From assembly GCA_001275005.1 (NCBI GenBank), contig JWZX01003390.1, positions 1-53,780 of the forward strand: DNA of 53,780 nt. The letters are read 5' to 3'. The notes under the pieces were generated by a model that saw only the letters and a list, made by a program, of their open reading frames with translations, made no database searches and was not told where the DNA came from. This DNA comes from Chrysochromulina tobinii. Its lineage: Eukaryota. The position numbers and the translations under genes are program-made. Each line of letters begins with the position of its first letter. Positions within the stretch are counted from its first letter, which is position 1. Of the stretch, positions 10,394-21,169 are shown one piece after another.

Positions 10394-11422
10394 GCCCTGC
10401 TACTTCCGCCGCCGCCACTCTCGCCGTTCCCAGCGCCGCCCGAGGCAGCGGCGGCCGACTGCGGTTGCAACCGTTGGCGCTTGGCATGCATCTGCTCGAG
10501 CATACGCGCTTCGAACGCCGCCTCGGCCGCCGCCTCGTCCGTTGCCGCATCCGCTGCTCGTGCGTCCTGTGCGTCGGACGCTCCACCGGCCGGCCGCTGC
10601 GGCGGGCGGATGCGGCGCACGAGGCAGTGGCGAGCGCGCGGCGTCTACGGGCGCCGTATCGGGCACATCCGCCGAGGGCTCGATGGCGCTTTTCTTCGAC
10701 AGGCGAGGATCGTCGAGCACGTCGTGACTTGAGAGGAGGGCGCGAGGCTGGCCGGCGGCCTCGGCCTCCCCCGCGGCCTCCTCCTCTCCGAAGGAAAGCA
10801 GATTGAGATTGCGCTTCTCCTTCTTCCGTGGCTTGGCGGTCGCGGCGGCGGCGGCGGCGGCGGCGGCGGGCGCCGCCGCCGGTGCGCGTGGCACAATGTC
10901 ATCGAATGGCTCGAGCAGCACCTCGCACCGCTCGATGCGCGGCGCGAACTCGGGACGGTCGGCCGCGTCGACCTCGAGCTCGTTGAAGCGGTGGAGGTTG
11001 TAGAGCGAGTTGCCGGTCACCTTGCCAAATATCGTGTGCTTGCGGTCGAGCCACTCGCACCGGTCCAGCGTCACGAAGAATTGCGAGCCGTTCGTGTCGG
11101 GACCCTCGGAGGCCATCGCAATGAGACCGCGATGCGTGAAGCGCAGCCGGCTGTGGAATTCGTCCTTGAATTTGGAGCCGAAGACGGACTCGCCGCCCTT
11201 GCCCGTTCCCGTGGGGTCGCCCGTCTGCGCCATGAAGTCCCTGATCACCCGGTGGAAGATGCAGCCGTCATAGTAGCCCTCGAGGCACAGCTGCACAAAG
11301 TTGCGGCACGCCATCGGCGCCTCCTTGGGCCACAGCTCAATGTCGAGCGGCCCGATGCTCGTATGCACTACCACTTTGCCACGGGTGACCGGCTCGTTGG
11401 CGTACACCGTGAGCGACGACAT
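9814..11422 (-). CDS. CWC27: Spliceosome-associated cyclophilin CWC27; exons 11422..10667, 10566..9814
   Basis: EPVTRGKVVVHTSIGPLDIELWPKEAPMACRNFVQLCLEGYYD, PFDDIVPR, NLLSFGEE, SSHDVLDDPRL. A 100-nt GT-AG intron 10567..10666 joins the charged C-terminal ORF in frame. Confidence 0.88.
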
Positions 11423-11689
11423 GTCGACGGCGACGGCCGTCGACAGGCTCTGCGAAGACGAGGCGTGAACGTTAAACGACAGACGAACCGGTGCTTCGCA
11501 CTGTGTGAAGAAGGAAATTCCCTCGCATATTATTCGGCCCTGTACGTATTCTCCAGGATGATGTGTGGCATTTGCGGAATTTGAGAGTTTCGTTGATTCA
11601 CTTTGAATTCGCTTTCGTCGTCGACAAGTATTCGACGTGCTTCGCCTCGTCACCTCGAATCGCAAAGAGAACCCCAGACCCGCTTCGAC

Positions 11690-12960
11690 ATGCCCGAAAA
11701 GGTGTGCAGGGCGCACGAACCCGGCGCGGTAGACGCGGCTGCACCGGCGGCCCATTAGCCACCACAGTCGGCTCACCTCGGCTCATCTCGGCTCATCACA
11801 ATTCGCTCTCCTTTCAACGCGCGCAGGTTGCTCTGATTGGCTCCGGCAACTGGGGCTCTGCCATCGCCACCAAGCTGGGCGTCAACGTGCTCAAGCCCGA
11901 GAACGGCTTCGATCCGGTGGTGGAGATGTGGGTGTTTGAGGAGTACGTAAAGTTTGAGGGCGGCAAGTGGGAGCGGCCAGCGCGCGGCGCCAAGCCCCCC
12001 GAGGGCAAAACGTGGGTGGACGAGGGCTACTCGCCGCTGACGCAGGTGATTAACGAGAAGCACGAGAACATCATCTACCTGCCGGACATTCCTCTGCCGG
12101 TGAGCATCCACGCGAACCCCGACATCAAGTCGACGGTCACGGGCGCCACGATGATGATCTTCGTCATCCCGCACAACTTCCTTGCGCCGCTCGTGCCCAA
12201 GCTGCAGGGCGCGTTCGCCCCGGGCTGCATCGGCATCTCGCTCATCAAGGGCATCGAGTTCAAGGACGGCAAGCCCATCCTGATCTCGGACTTGCTCGCG
12301 GAGGAGATGAAGAAGGCAGAGGGCGCTCCGGTGGTCAACATGTCCGTGCTGATGGGTGCCAACGTGGCGAACGAGGTGGCCAAGGGTGACTTCGCGGAGG
12401 CGACGATCGGGTGCACCGATCTCGCCATCGGCGCCAAGTGGGTCAAGCTCTTCAACACGCCTGACTTCAAGGTCGATCCGGTCGCGGACGTGGCAGGTGC
12501 CGAGCTGTGTGGTGCGCTGAAGAATGTGGTGGCCCTCGGTGCGGGCTTCGTGGACGGGCTTGGCATGGGCGGCAACACGAAGGCGGCGATCATCCGCATT
12601 GGGCTCAAAGAGATGCAGAAGTTCTGCCAGGTCTTCTACGGCGATCGCAATATCTTGTCTGAGACCTTTCTGGAGTCGTGCGGTGTGGCGGACCTTGTCA
12701 CGACGTGCTTCGGCGGCCGCAACCGCAAGTGCGCCGACATCTTCGCCAAATGCATCAAGGACGGCACGCCCAAGACGTGGGACGTCATCGAGGCGGAGGA
12801 GCTCAACGGCCAGAAGCTGCAGGGCACCGGCACCTCCAAGGACGTGATGGAGTGCATCCACAAGGCGGGCAAGGAGAAGGACTTCCCGCTGATGGTCCAG
12901 ATCCACAAGATTGCCTTCGAGGGTGCGGCGCCCGACACTATCATCGACATCAACAAGTGA
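11690..12960 (+). CDS. GPD1: NAD-dependent glycerol-3-phosphate dehydrogenase; exons 11690..11701, 11827..12960
   Basis: MPEK|VALIGSGNWGSAIA, GANVANEVA, CGALKNVVALGAG, ESCGVADLVTTCFGGRNR, NGQKLQG. Intron 11702..11826. Confidence 0.93.
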
Positions 12961-13871
12961 CGGGATGTCCGCGGGACGGGTGGGGCGTGGCTTCGTCTCG
13001 CCACATTGCTGTGCCTGCCGACATGTTGTGATGCGCCCAACAGGGCGCCGCGCCAGCAGGGAGATTACAGGGGCGCTCGACGAGCAGGTCACCACCTTTC
13101 ACACGGCTCACCACCTCACACGGTGTGAAACTCTGACGTGACGCAGTGTTTTAGGCAAGCACACGATAGTACCTACCTGTGACCGTGCCGATGCTGGGTA
13201 TGATTTGGAGAGGGCTGAGAGAGGGGCGCGCCGAGAAGGGGCGGTAATAGGGGGTTTACCGGCGGTGTGGATGCGCGGCAACAGCGGGCGGCATCGGTGT
13301 GGTTGTGTGCGGAGATCGGAGAAGTGCCACACGGCAGTGTGCAGTGCACCCGGGACCCGGCGGGCCGCCGGGCAGCGAGGACCCGCACCGCGCGCAGACC
13401 CACGTCGTCCAACGTAGTACCTACTATCGGCGCGATGACTTGCGATGACCGTCGATAGTTATAACGGCGGCGATCCCCCGTTTCCCGGGATGGGGATCCG
13501 GCCGGGTGCCCGTCCGGGACAGGTCGAGGCACTCGTGCCTCGTGGAGGGCGTCCGTGGTGACTCGTGCAGCACGCGTCGGCCATGGCGGTCGGCGCCGCG
13601 CGGGGGGCGCGGTGTAGGTCGGCGTTACGACGATTCGATAATGGTTAATGCGGCAGGTCGTGGCATTGAAAAGGACAAGGTCGGCGTCGTAAGCAGAAAG
13701 CAGTAAGCACAAGAAGCAGGCTCCGGTTGCGGGAATCCTTCGCAACGTCCGGCCCCAGACCGTAACGGTAAGCCGTAACATACTCGCGGTGAAACAACGT
13801 CGTAATCGAATACGCGGAGTGAACCCGTGGGGTGGGTTCGCGCGGCCACTATGGCGGGCCCTTTACTGCAC

Positions 13872-15053
13872 TCACACCATAGAAATAGGCGATCCGAGAC
13901 TGGAGAGGCGCCGCGGCGCGCGCGGCAATGATGGCCCGCCCTCGACGGCCGCCGTGACCTGGAGCTCGTGCAATCTCGCGTGAAGAGCGCCCGATTGCAT
14001 GCGCAGCTCCTCGATCCGAGCCTCCCAATGGCCCAGCCGTTCGGGCAACGCACTTCGGACGGCCGCAGCCTCGTTCGCGCGCCGCAGGGCCGCCGCCAGT
14101 ACGGCGCAATGGTGCTCCCTAACGACCGTCGAGGCGGCAGACGCACGTGCAGCAGCCGCATGCACTCGTGTCGCACTCGCAGCCTCACGTAGCTCGTCGA
14201 CAGAGTCGCGCAGCCTGGCTGGCCGTCGACCGAACGGCCCGGAGGCGAGCGTGCCGTCCTCAGCGCCCCCGTCCTCAGCGCGGGCGGCGGCGGAGGCGAC
14301 GCGAGGGGCGCTGCGCTGCCGCTCCTCCTCGTCATCGTCGGGCGGCGGCGGCGGCGGCGGCGGCACCTCTAGCAAGGCTTCGACGCTTCGACGAAGCTGC
14401 TCGAGCTCCCTGCGGCGCGCCACGTGCTGCTGCGCCTGCGCAGCCTCGAGTTCGAGGTGCCGCGTGCGCCCCGCGCTCGCCGCGCTCAGCAGCGCCTCCA
14501 CGCTAGCCTGCACCGACGCACATGCCTCTGAAAGCCTCGCTGCCGTCGCCTGCGCCTCGCCTCGCACGGCAGCGAGACGTCGGTCCGAGGCTGCGGCGGC
14601 CTCGGAGACGCTCGCGGCAGCGGCCGCGATTTCGGAACGCATGCGCGAGATCTCATCAGCGCGCGCGTCCGCCTTGGCCGCGATGACGTTCGCAGAGGTG
14701 GCTACGGTGCTAACATGGGAATCTCGGGCCTCCTCGGCCGAGATGCCCAGTGTCGCTGCAAACTCGGAGGCCGCGAGACGCACGTCGTCAAGAGCTGGCT
14801 GCTCGGGCGGAAGCCGCCACGAAACGAGCGCCGACACCTCCGCGTGCACCTCATCGAGCGAGGGACGCGCGACCTCCCAGTGGGAGGCGATGGCTTTACC
14901 CGTCTTCTGCGCGATCTGCTCGCGCAGCTCCACCTCGCTCTTTTCGAAGGACTTGTTCAAGCGGCGGAGGCCGCGGCTGAGCGTCGCGCGATCTGTCAGC
15001 AGCTCGAACGGGCTCAGGAAGAGCGCGACGGCCCGCCGCTCGTCGTCCGACAT
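13872..15053 (-). CDS. Hypothetical Ala/Glu/Arg-rich coiled-coil protein
   Basis: Open frame of about 390 codons from ATG 15053 with helical composition. No recognised domain. Confidence 0.65.
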   Translation of the reverse strand: MSDDERRAVALFLSPFELLTDRATLSRGLRRLNKSFEKSEVELREQIAQKTGKAIASHWEVARPSLDEVHAEVSALVSWRLPPEQPALDDVRLAASEFAATLGISAEEARDSHVSTVATSANVIAAKADARADEISRMRSEIAAAAASVSEAAAASDRRLAAVRGEAQATAARLSEACASVQASVEALLSAASAGRTRHLELEAAQAQQHVARRRELEQLRRSVEALLEVPPPPPPPPDDDEEERQRSAPRVASAAARAEDGGAEDGTLASGPFGRRPARLRDSVDELREAASATRVHAAAARASAASTVVREHHCAVLAAALRRANEAAAVRSALPERLGHWEARIEELRMQSGALHARLHELQVTAAVEGGPSLPRAPRRLSSLGSPISMV

Positions 15054-15314
15054 AGTTTGTCTCATTCTCAACACACCAACACGCACTAGACCAAACACTG
15101 ACCAAACTCAAAGCGTGAAGGGCAACACCTCGCACACGTCACAGCCGCGTCTCACACCCAAGTCGAACCTTCACGAGACATGACGAGTGTGGTTCTTAGG
15201 CGGCCCTGAGCACACACACCGCCGCCGCGCGCGTGCGCGCTGGGACTGGCCCCCAAGGGACTCCCCGCTCTAGGGTGACGCTCTTACAAGTTGAGTTTTC
15301 TTCTTTCCCGTTTC

Positions 15315-16547
15315 CTATAAAAGCTCCTCCACGTCCCTCTCCACGCACCGCGCGGGGGCGGCGGGCGTGAGGGCAGCGAGGACGCACCGGTTGCAGTGGC
15401 TGCAGCGCGACTGCGGCGCCACCGCCGCCCCCGCGCCGCCGCCGCCGCCATCCGCCGCCGCCGCGGCGAGCCACCTCTTCGGCAGGTCGGGCTCCCTTAT
15501 CAGCGCGCGCGCCATTTGCACGCCCGCGAAGCCCTCCCCGAGCGCGGCGGCCACGGCCTCCAGCGCCACGTAGCCGCCCACTGCAAACACGGGCACGCCG
15601 CGCGCCTCGGCGAGCACCGCGCGCGCGCCCTCCGCGAGGAAGCGGGGCTCAAACGGCAGCTCGGGCACCAGCCACTTGCCCAGCAGCGCCATCGCGAGCG
15701 CCTTTGCGGCGCTGCTGCGCGCGAGCGCGGCCACCATGCCCCGCCGCGGCACCGCGCCGCGCAGCATGAAAAAGCCGTTGCGGTTCACCCAGCCCGCGGA
15801 GGGCACGAGCCCGTCCACTAGCCCCCGCTCGCCCGCCAGCGCGCGTACCGTCTCGGCCACGTCCGCGGGCGCCACGCCGCCGCCAAAGCCGTCCGCGGTG
15901 TTGAGCTTCACCAGCAGCGCCTTTGTTGGCCCGATCGCCGCGCGCACCGCGCGCGCCACCGCGAGCGGGAAGCGTGCGCGCGCGCACGCGCTGCCGCCGT
16001 GGCCGTCCGCGCGCACGTTGAAGGCGGGCGACAGCCACTGCGAGAGCAGGTAGCCGTGCCCCAGGTGCAGCTCCACCGCGTCCGCGCCGCCGCGCGGCCC
16101 CACCGCGAACGCGGCCGCGGCCGCAAAGTCCGAAAGCAGGCGCGCCATGTCCGCCTCCGTGGCCGCGGCGGACCAGCCCAGCGCGGGGAGGTCAAACACC
16201 GCCGACGGCGCGACCGGGCCGCGGGAGCCCGCGGGCAGCAGGGCGCGGCTGGCAAAGGAGCCCGCATGCGTCAGCTGGACGGAGAAGAGCGCGCCCCCCG
16301 CGTGCACGGCCGCGGCGATGGCGGGCGGCGCGGAGGCCTCGGAGAGGACGAACTGGGACGGGAAGGTGCGCCCGTCGGCGGACACGGAGGTGTACGCGAG
16401 CGTCACGAGCGCGCAGCCGCCGCGCGCAGCCTCGCCCAGCGTCTCCGCCGCCGCGGGCACCGTCTCGCCCGAAAATGCGGCCGCGCGGAGCAGCCGGTTC
16501 TTTAGGCAAAGGCCGCAGGGCAGCGTGAGAGGCGAAAAGACGTCCAT
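15315..16547 (-). CDS. NADH:flavin oxidoreductase, Old Yellow Enzyme family
   Basis: LKNRLLRAA, VQLTHAG, DAVELHLGHGYLLSQWLSP, MARALIREPDL, C-terminal CSHCNRC. Confidence 0.92.
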   Translation of the reverse strand: MDVFSPLTLPCGLCLKNRLLRAAAFSGETVPAAAETLGEAARGGCALVTLAYTSVSADGRTFPSQFVLSEASAPPAIAAAVHAGGALFSVQLTHAGSFASRALLPAGSRGPVAPSAVFDLPALGWSAAATEADMARLLSDFAAAAAFAVGPRGGADAVELHLGHGYLLSQWLSPAFNVRADGHGGSACARARFPLAVARAVRAAIGPTKALLVKLNTADGFGGGVAPADVAETVRALAGERGLVDGLVPSAGWVNRNGFFMLRGAVPRRGMVAALARSSAAKALAMALLGKWLVPELPFEPRFLAEGARAVLAEARGVPVFAVGGYVALEAVAAALGEGFAGVQMARALIREPDLPKRWLAAAAADGGGGGAGAAVAPQSRCSHCNRCVLAALTPAAPARCVERDVEELL

Positions 16548-16559
16548 TAATAATTAAGA

Positions 16560-17525
16560 ATGGTCAGGACAACTCACGCACGTTTTGACGGTACCGTTTT
16601 GTGTGGAGATGCTGAGAGCCTTCCATTTGTGGTTCGGTTTCCTGGAAACGTCGCGGCCGAAGTACCGAAGTGTTCTAGGATGTTGGCATGTGTGTCTCCG
16701 ACGCGATGCCGCCGCCGCCTGGCTCTACGGCCACAAACTTCGTCGCGCCTCTTGACCTTTCTGCTCGTCTCTTCCGATGCCGGCGCGCACGCTTCGCGGA
16801 CCGCCCTTCTTTCGCGTCCAACACGCCTGAAGGCCGTTCTGTTTGACATTGACGGCACTCTGTTCCATTCCGATGCCGTTCACCTCTCAGTCTTCCAGGA
16901 CGTGCTCGCAGAGGCGGGCTTTGACGGCGGGAGGCGGATCACCGAAGAATTCTTCAAGGATCGAATCTCCGGACGGCAGAATGCGATGATATTAGCCGAC
17001 CTGTTTCCGCAGTGGACCGTCGCAGAGGCTGAGTGTTTCGCCGTGCGGAAGGAGGAGCGCTTTCGTGAGTGTGTGGCCGAACAGCTGCCTTCGCGCATCA
17101 TGCCCGGCCTGCTCGACTTTTGTGCGGATCTCGAGGCGGCGGGCGTGCGCTGTGCGGCGGTGACCAACGCACCGCGAGCCAATGCCGTACTAATGCTCGA
17201 GGCGCTTACCATCGGCAGCTTGTCGGGACTAGACTTTTTCGCGCCGCTGATCATCGGAGACGAATGCGCGAGGGGCAAGCCTCATCCCGATCCGTACGAA
17301 GAGGCGATGCGCCGCCTCGGCGTCAGTGCCGCCGACTGCCTCGCCTTTGAGGATTCTCTCTCCGGTGCAACCGCCGCAGTGGCCGCTGGCGTGCGCACGA
17401 TCGGCATCACCTCATCGCAGCCGGCCGAGACGCTCATCGCGCAGGCCGGGTGCGCACGGGCTGTGAGTGATTTTGCAGACGAAGGCCTCGCTCGTGAGAT
17501 GGAGAGGTGGGCCGCTGTGCTCTGA
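16560..17525 (+). CDS. HAD-superfamily hydrolase (CbbY/sugar-phosphatase-like); start uncertain (16560 or 16680)
   Basis: LFDIDGTL, VTNAPR, GKPHPDPY, FEDSLSG. Confidence 0.88.
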   Translation: MVRTTHARFDGTVLCGDAESLPFVVRFPGNVAAEVPKCSRMLACVSPTRCRRRLALRPQTSSRLLTFLLVSSDAGAHASRTALLSRPTRLKAVLFDIDGTLFHSDAVHLSVFQDVLAEAGFDGGRRITEEFFKDRISGRQNAMILADLFPQWTVAEAECFAVRKEERFRECVAEQLPSRIMPGLLDFCADLEAAGVRCAAVTNAPRANAVLMLEALTIGSLSGLDFFAPLIIGDECARGKPHPDPYEEAMRRLGVSAADCLAFEDSLSGATAAVAAGVRTIGITSSQPAETLIAQAGCARAVSDFADEGLAREMERWAAVL

Positions 17526-17816
17526 CAATGTGCTCTGGAATCTTACTGGAATCGCTCCGCGAGGTGGACTGTGCTCCGCCCGGGGGAGACCGTGCGGCGA
17601 AAGTAACGGTAAGACGCCGACGTGAAAGTCTGCATGCTTGTCACATGCGATGGACACCGCACGTCAATGTATCTCAAACTGTACAGAAGACGAGCCTACA
17701 TTGTACCCGACCGGCCCGCACCGCCACCGATCAGCATCCAGATCCACACCGCCCCCTCCCCTTCTCACAGTCTTGTCTCTTCATAGACGTATATGAATAG
17801 AATCCACTGAGCCGCT

Positions 17817-19109
17817 TCACGGGTGAGCCCTGACCACGAATGGCAAGACCGCGCCGACAACGCAGCCGGTCTGCAGAGCGACCCATGAGACTTGGGCCGT
17901 ATAGGGGCAGGGGCACAAGATGCCGTGGGCCTCGCCGGCGCTTCTCTGAGCCGCCGCGGAGAGCCGCATGAGCAGCGCGTTGCACCAGAGCGTGAGGACC
18001 GCACTCATCGCGCCGCCGACGGCCTGAGGGTTCCGTACCGGTATGCTGAGGGCCTCGGTGCTCAGTACGGCGCCGAAGCTCAGCCCGATGACGGCGCATG
18101 TCTCCACGATGAGAGGCCATGAGGTGCCGAGGTTGGGCGGAAGGACGCCGCCGAGCAGCCGCCCAATGAAGGCCGCCACATTCGATACCCCGATCATCAG
18201 GCCGACCACGTCCCTTTCGCAGTCGCCGCCGATCGTGGCGCCACACATGCCTACTGCAATGTAAGGTGTCGAGCACAAGAAGAAGATCCAGGTCACGCAC
18301 AGCGCGCCCACGCAGAGGGCATTGGGGAGCAGCGCGCGCAATCGCGCTGAGATGCGCGCGGCGCCCTCGTGGCTCGACGTTTCGATCCCGAGGGTCTTGC
18401 ACTCGGCGGGCACTCCACCGGGCGGGTTGGCCAACTGGAGTCTCCGCAGGGCGAGCAGCGCAAGCCCAAGGATGGCCATGGGGAGCAAGAGCGTGGCTAG
18501 GGTGCTCGAGTACGCGTCGTGGTACACGGGCTGCAGCGAGACCAGGGCCGAGCACAGCGCGGTCAGCAGCGGCGCCGCGGCCTCACCCAGCAGCAAGGCC
18601 CCAGCGGCTTCTGAGCTGGAGCCCGAAAGCATCCCACCAAGTGATGCGGCGACGACTTGCGCCGTACCCGTCGCCGCACCGTCGAACGCAACGAGCACGA
18701 TGAGCAGCCACAGCGGCAGCGATTTCAGGAGCAGCGAGACGCACAGCGCAACGCCGAGGAGGAGCATGCACATGACCATAGCTACCGCGAGCATGAGCTG
18801 ACGCTTGCGGTGATCTTGGCTGCCGCGAGCCTTCATCGCGACCGATGCGGGTGCGAACGTGAGCAACCACATGGCCGTAGCGCACAGCAAGTTCTGTGCC
18901 GTGGCCGCGATGGAAATGGCGTGTTCACCGAACAGGGAGACCAGCAAACCGGTGGAGAGCATGATCTGATTCCAGAGAACTGAGGAGCTGAGGCCGAGGA
19001 CTCCGAAGATGAAGTTGACCTCACCCCTCGTCAAATCGTGCGGCGGTCGAAGGCGCGCGTCGAGCAGCAGGGGCTCGTGTGAAGCTAGTGTGGAATCGGG
19101 ATACAGCAT
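17817..19109 (-). CDS. Multi-pass membrane transporter, equilibrative nucleoside transporter-like
   Basis: About 11 hydrophobic segments. FGVLGLSSSVLWN, NVAAFIGRLL and QTGCVVGAVL resemble ENT TM1, TM8 and TM11. Confidence 0.65.
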   Translation of the reverse strand: MLYPDSTLASHEPLLLDARLRPPHDLTRGEVNFIFGVLGLSSSVLWNQIMLSTGLLVSLFGEHAISIAATAQNLLCATAMWLLTFAPASVAMKARGSQDHRKRQLMLAVAMVMCMLLLGVALCVSLLLKSLPLWLLIVLVAFDGAATGTAQVVAASLGGMLSGSSSEAAGALLLGEAAAPLLTALCSALVSLQPVYHDAYSSTLATLLLPMAILGLALLALRRLQLANPPGGVPAECKTLGIETSSHEGAARISARLRALLPNALCVGALCVTWIFFLCSTPYIAVGMCGATIGGDCERDVVGLMIGVSNVAAFIGRLLGGVLPPNLGTSWPLIVETCAVIGLSFGAVLSTEALSIPVRNPQAVGGAMSAVLTLWCNALLMRLSAAAQRSAGEAHGILCPCPYTAQVSWVALQTGCVVGAVLPFVVRAHP

Positions 19110-19420
19110 CGAACGTCCGGCGAGCGAGCGAGCGAGCGAGCTAGCGTGCGACGCGGCCGTCGAGGGAGTATAGGATAAGAGTTCTCGAGGAAGTTTTCGA
19201 GATCTCAATATAATCTCCGTTTCGCGATTGAAGACGGATGACGTTGTGTACCGGTAAAGAAGTTCCGAGTGGGCTCTTTCAGATTGATTGTGCAGGCAAT
19301 TGAGTGAGGGCGATCGCTCCATAATGGTGGGCAACCGAGGATCGCCGATCCGCGCGGTTCGGTTTATCTCAAGGCTCCAACCACGGCGCCGCCAATCCCA
19401 AGGCGCCGGGGCCTGCATCG

Positions 19421-21169
19421 ATGCGGGTGACATCCTGGATCTTCGTCGTGCCAGACTCGTGGCGCACGCCAGAAGCGCGCGCCCTGATCGCCGGCTGCGC
19501 ATGCTCAGGCCTCTTTATCGGCACCGTCTGTGGCTGGTCCTCGATTTCCGGCGTGCTCTTGGCGGATGGAGTGTTTGCAGAATCCGAGGCGCCCAATGAG
19601 AACCTTCTCGTCGTGTACAGTGTGACCCAATGTGCGTTGTCCTTGAGCGGCCCACCAGCTGGGCTCCTTTGCGATCGCATGCCGCTCGTGTACGGCGTCG
19701 CTGCGTCAGGCACTTGCGTTATCATCGCCTCGCTCATCATTGGTGCCTTGCCAGCTTCTGCCGGCTTCGGCTTTCTGCCGCCGTTCGTGCTGCTTGCGGT
19801 GGGTGGCAACACGTGCTTCTTTGCTGCCATCAAGCTTCAGTTCCTCTTCCCTGAGTCGCATCGACCCACCATCGCGGCCACAATTTGCGCGCTCTACGAC
19901 GCCTCGTCCGCGGTGTCGCTGCTCTTCTTCCTCGCATACCAGGCAGGCTTCTCGCGAGAGACCATCTTCACCTCGTACGGAGTCCTCGGCGCCCTGATGT
20001 TTGGCTCCTGGGCTTGGACCGTCGCGAAATCTGGCTCTGGGGCTCGGAGCGACGGCAAGGACGACTGCTCCACAGCACGCCATGCAAGCAGCCTCGCGGA
20101 AGAGTGTGGTCCGCCGACAAAGATCCACCGCTCGCATACCTTCACCGAGTCAAGGATGCACCGCTCCCCGAGCTTCACCGAGCAAACGATCGCGGTGGCT
20201 TCCCTGGTCGGTTGCACCCCAACAAAGATCCACCGCTCGTATAGCTTCACCGGCCAGTCCGTCTCGGTCGGCAGCTGCTGCGCTGCTCAAGACAGCGCCG
20301 CCCCGCTGCTGCCCGTCTACGAGGCCCCAGCAGAGAGCATCAACGGGCCGGCACACGACACAGCGTCCGGGTTGGAGATGGCGGCCACCCTAGGCTGCGG
20401 CTCCGTGCCGGCTCTTCACGACGCGCCGTTGCTGACGCAGCTCAGCTCCATCCAGCTCGTCGTCGGCCTGGCGTGGTACCTCCTCTCGCAGCAGCGCATC
20501 AACCTATACCTCGGCACAGCGCGCGTGATGCTGCTGGCGCAGGGCGATAGCTCGGGGTACTATGCGTCACTGCACACCGCGCTGCTGCCCGCCGGGCTCG
20601 CGTTCGTGCCGCTGATCGCGGTCGCGCACACCCGCTACGGCGTCGTGGGGACGATGCAGCTCAACACTCTGATGGGGGCGCTCCATGGCGTGTGTGCTCT
20701 GTATCTGCCTCTTGATTGGCAATGGGTGACGTTCTGCCTCTTCACTTGCCTTCGCATGGCCACTTTCGCCGTCTTCTCGATCTACACAGCCGAAGCTTTC
20801 GGACCGACCGCCTCAGGCACTCTGACCGGCTTCATCTTTCTCGTCGGCGGCCTCGCTTCCCTCTCCCTCGTGCCCATCGGCTCGTACGTAGCGCACGCTC
20901 TCCACGGAGACTGGGCGTTCGTCTACTGCGTGTACACTCTCCTATGCCTGCCGCAGCTCGCCCTCGTCTCGACTGCCTCGTGGTACTGGGAGCGGCGGCC
21001 GCGGAGTGCGTCGTGGACACCGGTCGACCCCGTTTTGGGGCTGGAGAAGCCTTTGGGGCCAACGCTCACGATGGCCACGACGCGAACTCTCGGCAACGAT
21101 GCGTGCGTGCACGACTCATCCGATGAGCCCTACCGGGAATTCGAGCCCCCCATGGCGCATGGGACATGA
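19421..21169 (+). CDS. MFS transporter, SLC43/LAT3 (FMP42)-like
   Basis: About 12 hydrophobic segments with a large central loop. GTVCGWSSISGVLLADGVF, GLLCDRMP, ALYDASSAV. Confidence 0.75.
   Translation: MRVTSWIFVVPDSWRTPEARALIAGCACSGLFIGTVCGWSSISGVLLADGVFAESEAPNENLLVVYSVTQCALSLSGPPAGLLCDRMPLVYGVAASGTCVIIASLIIGALPASAGFGFLPPFVLLAVGGNTCFFAAIKLQFLFPESHRPTIAATICALYDASSAVSLLFFLAYQAGFSRETIFTSYGVLGALMFGSWAWTVAKSGSGARSDGKDDCSTARHASSLAEECGPPTKIHRSHTFTESRMHRSPSFTEQTIAVASLVGCTPTKIHRSYSFTGQSVSVGSCCAAQDSAAPLLPVYEAPAESINGPAHDTASGLEMAATLGCGSVPALHDAPLLTQLSSIQLVVGLAWYLLSQQRINLYLGTARVMLLAQGDSSGYYASLHTALLPAGLAFVPLIAVAHTRYGVVGTMQLNTLMGALHGVCALYLPLDWQWVTFCLFTCLRMATFAVFSIYTAEAFGPTASGTLTGFIFLVGGLASLSLVPIGSYVAHALHGDWAFVYCVYTLLCLPQLALVSTASWYWERRPRSASWTPVDPVLGLEKPLGPTLTMATTRTLGNDACVHDSSDEPYREFEPPMAHGT

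Noticed and set aside
9526..10806. Long antisense or alternate-frame ORFs (also 7232..8440, 11773..13095, 13999..15183, 50926..52884)
   Set aside because: Shadows of GC-rich real genes, with low-complexity translations.
13669..13683. AAAGGACAAGGTCG also present near 50702
   Set aside because: An isolated 14-mer match is expected by chance in 54 kb and does not extend.
13460..13790. Hairpins suggesting a structured ncRNA
   Set aside because: GC-rich stems are expected by chance, and no snRNA, tRNA or SRP motif was recognised. An Rfam/Infernal scan would be needed.
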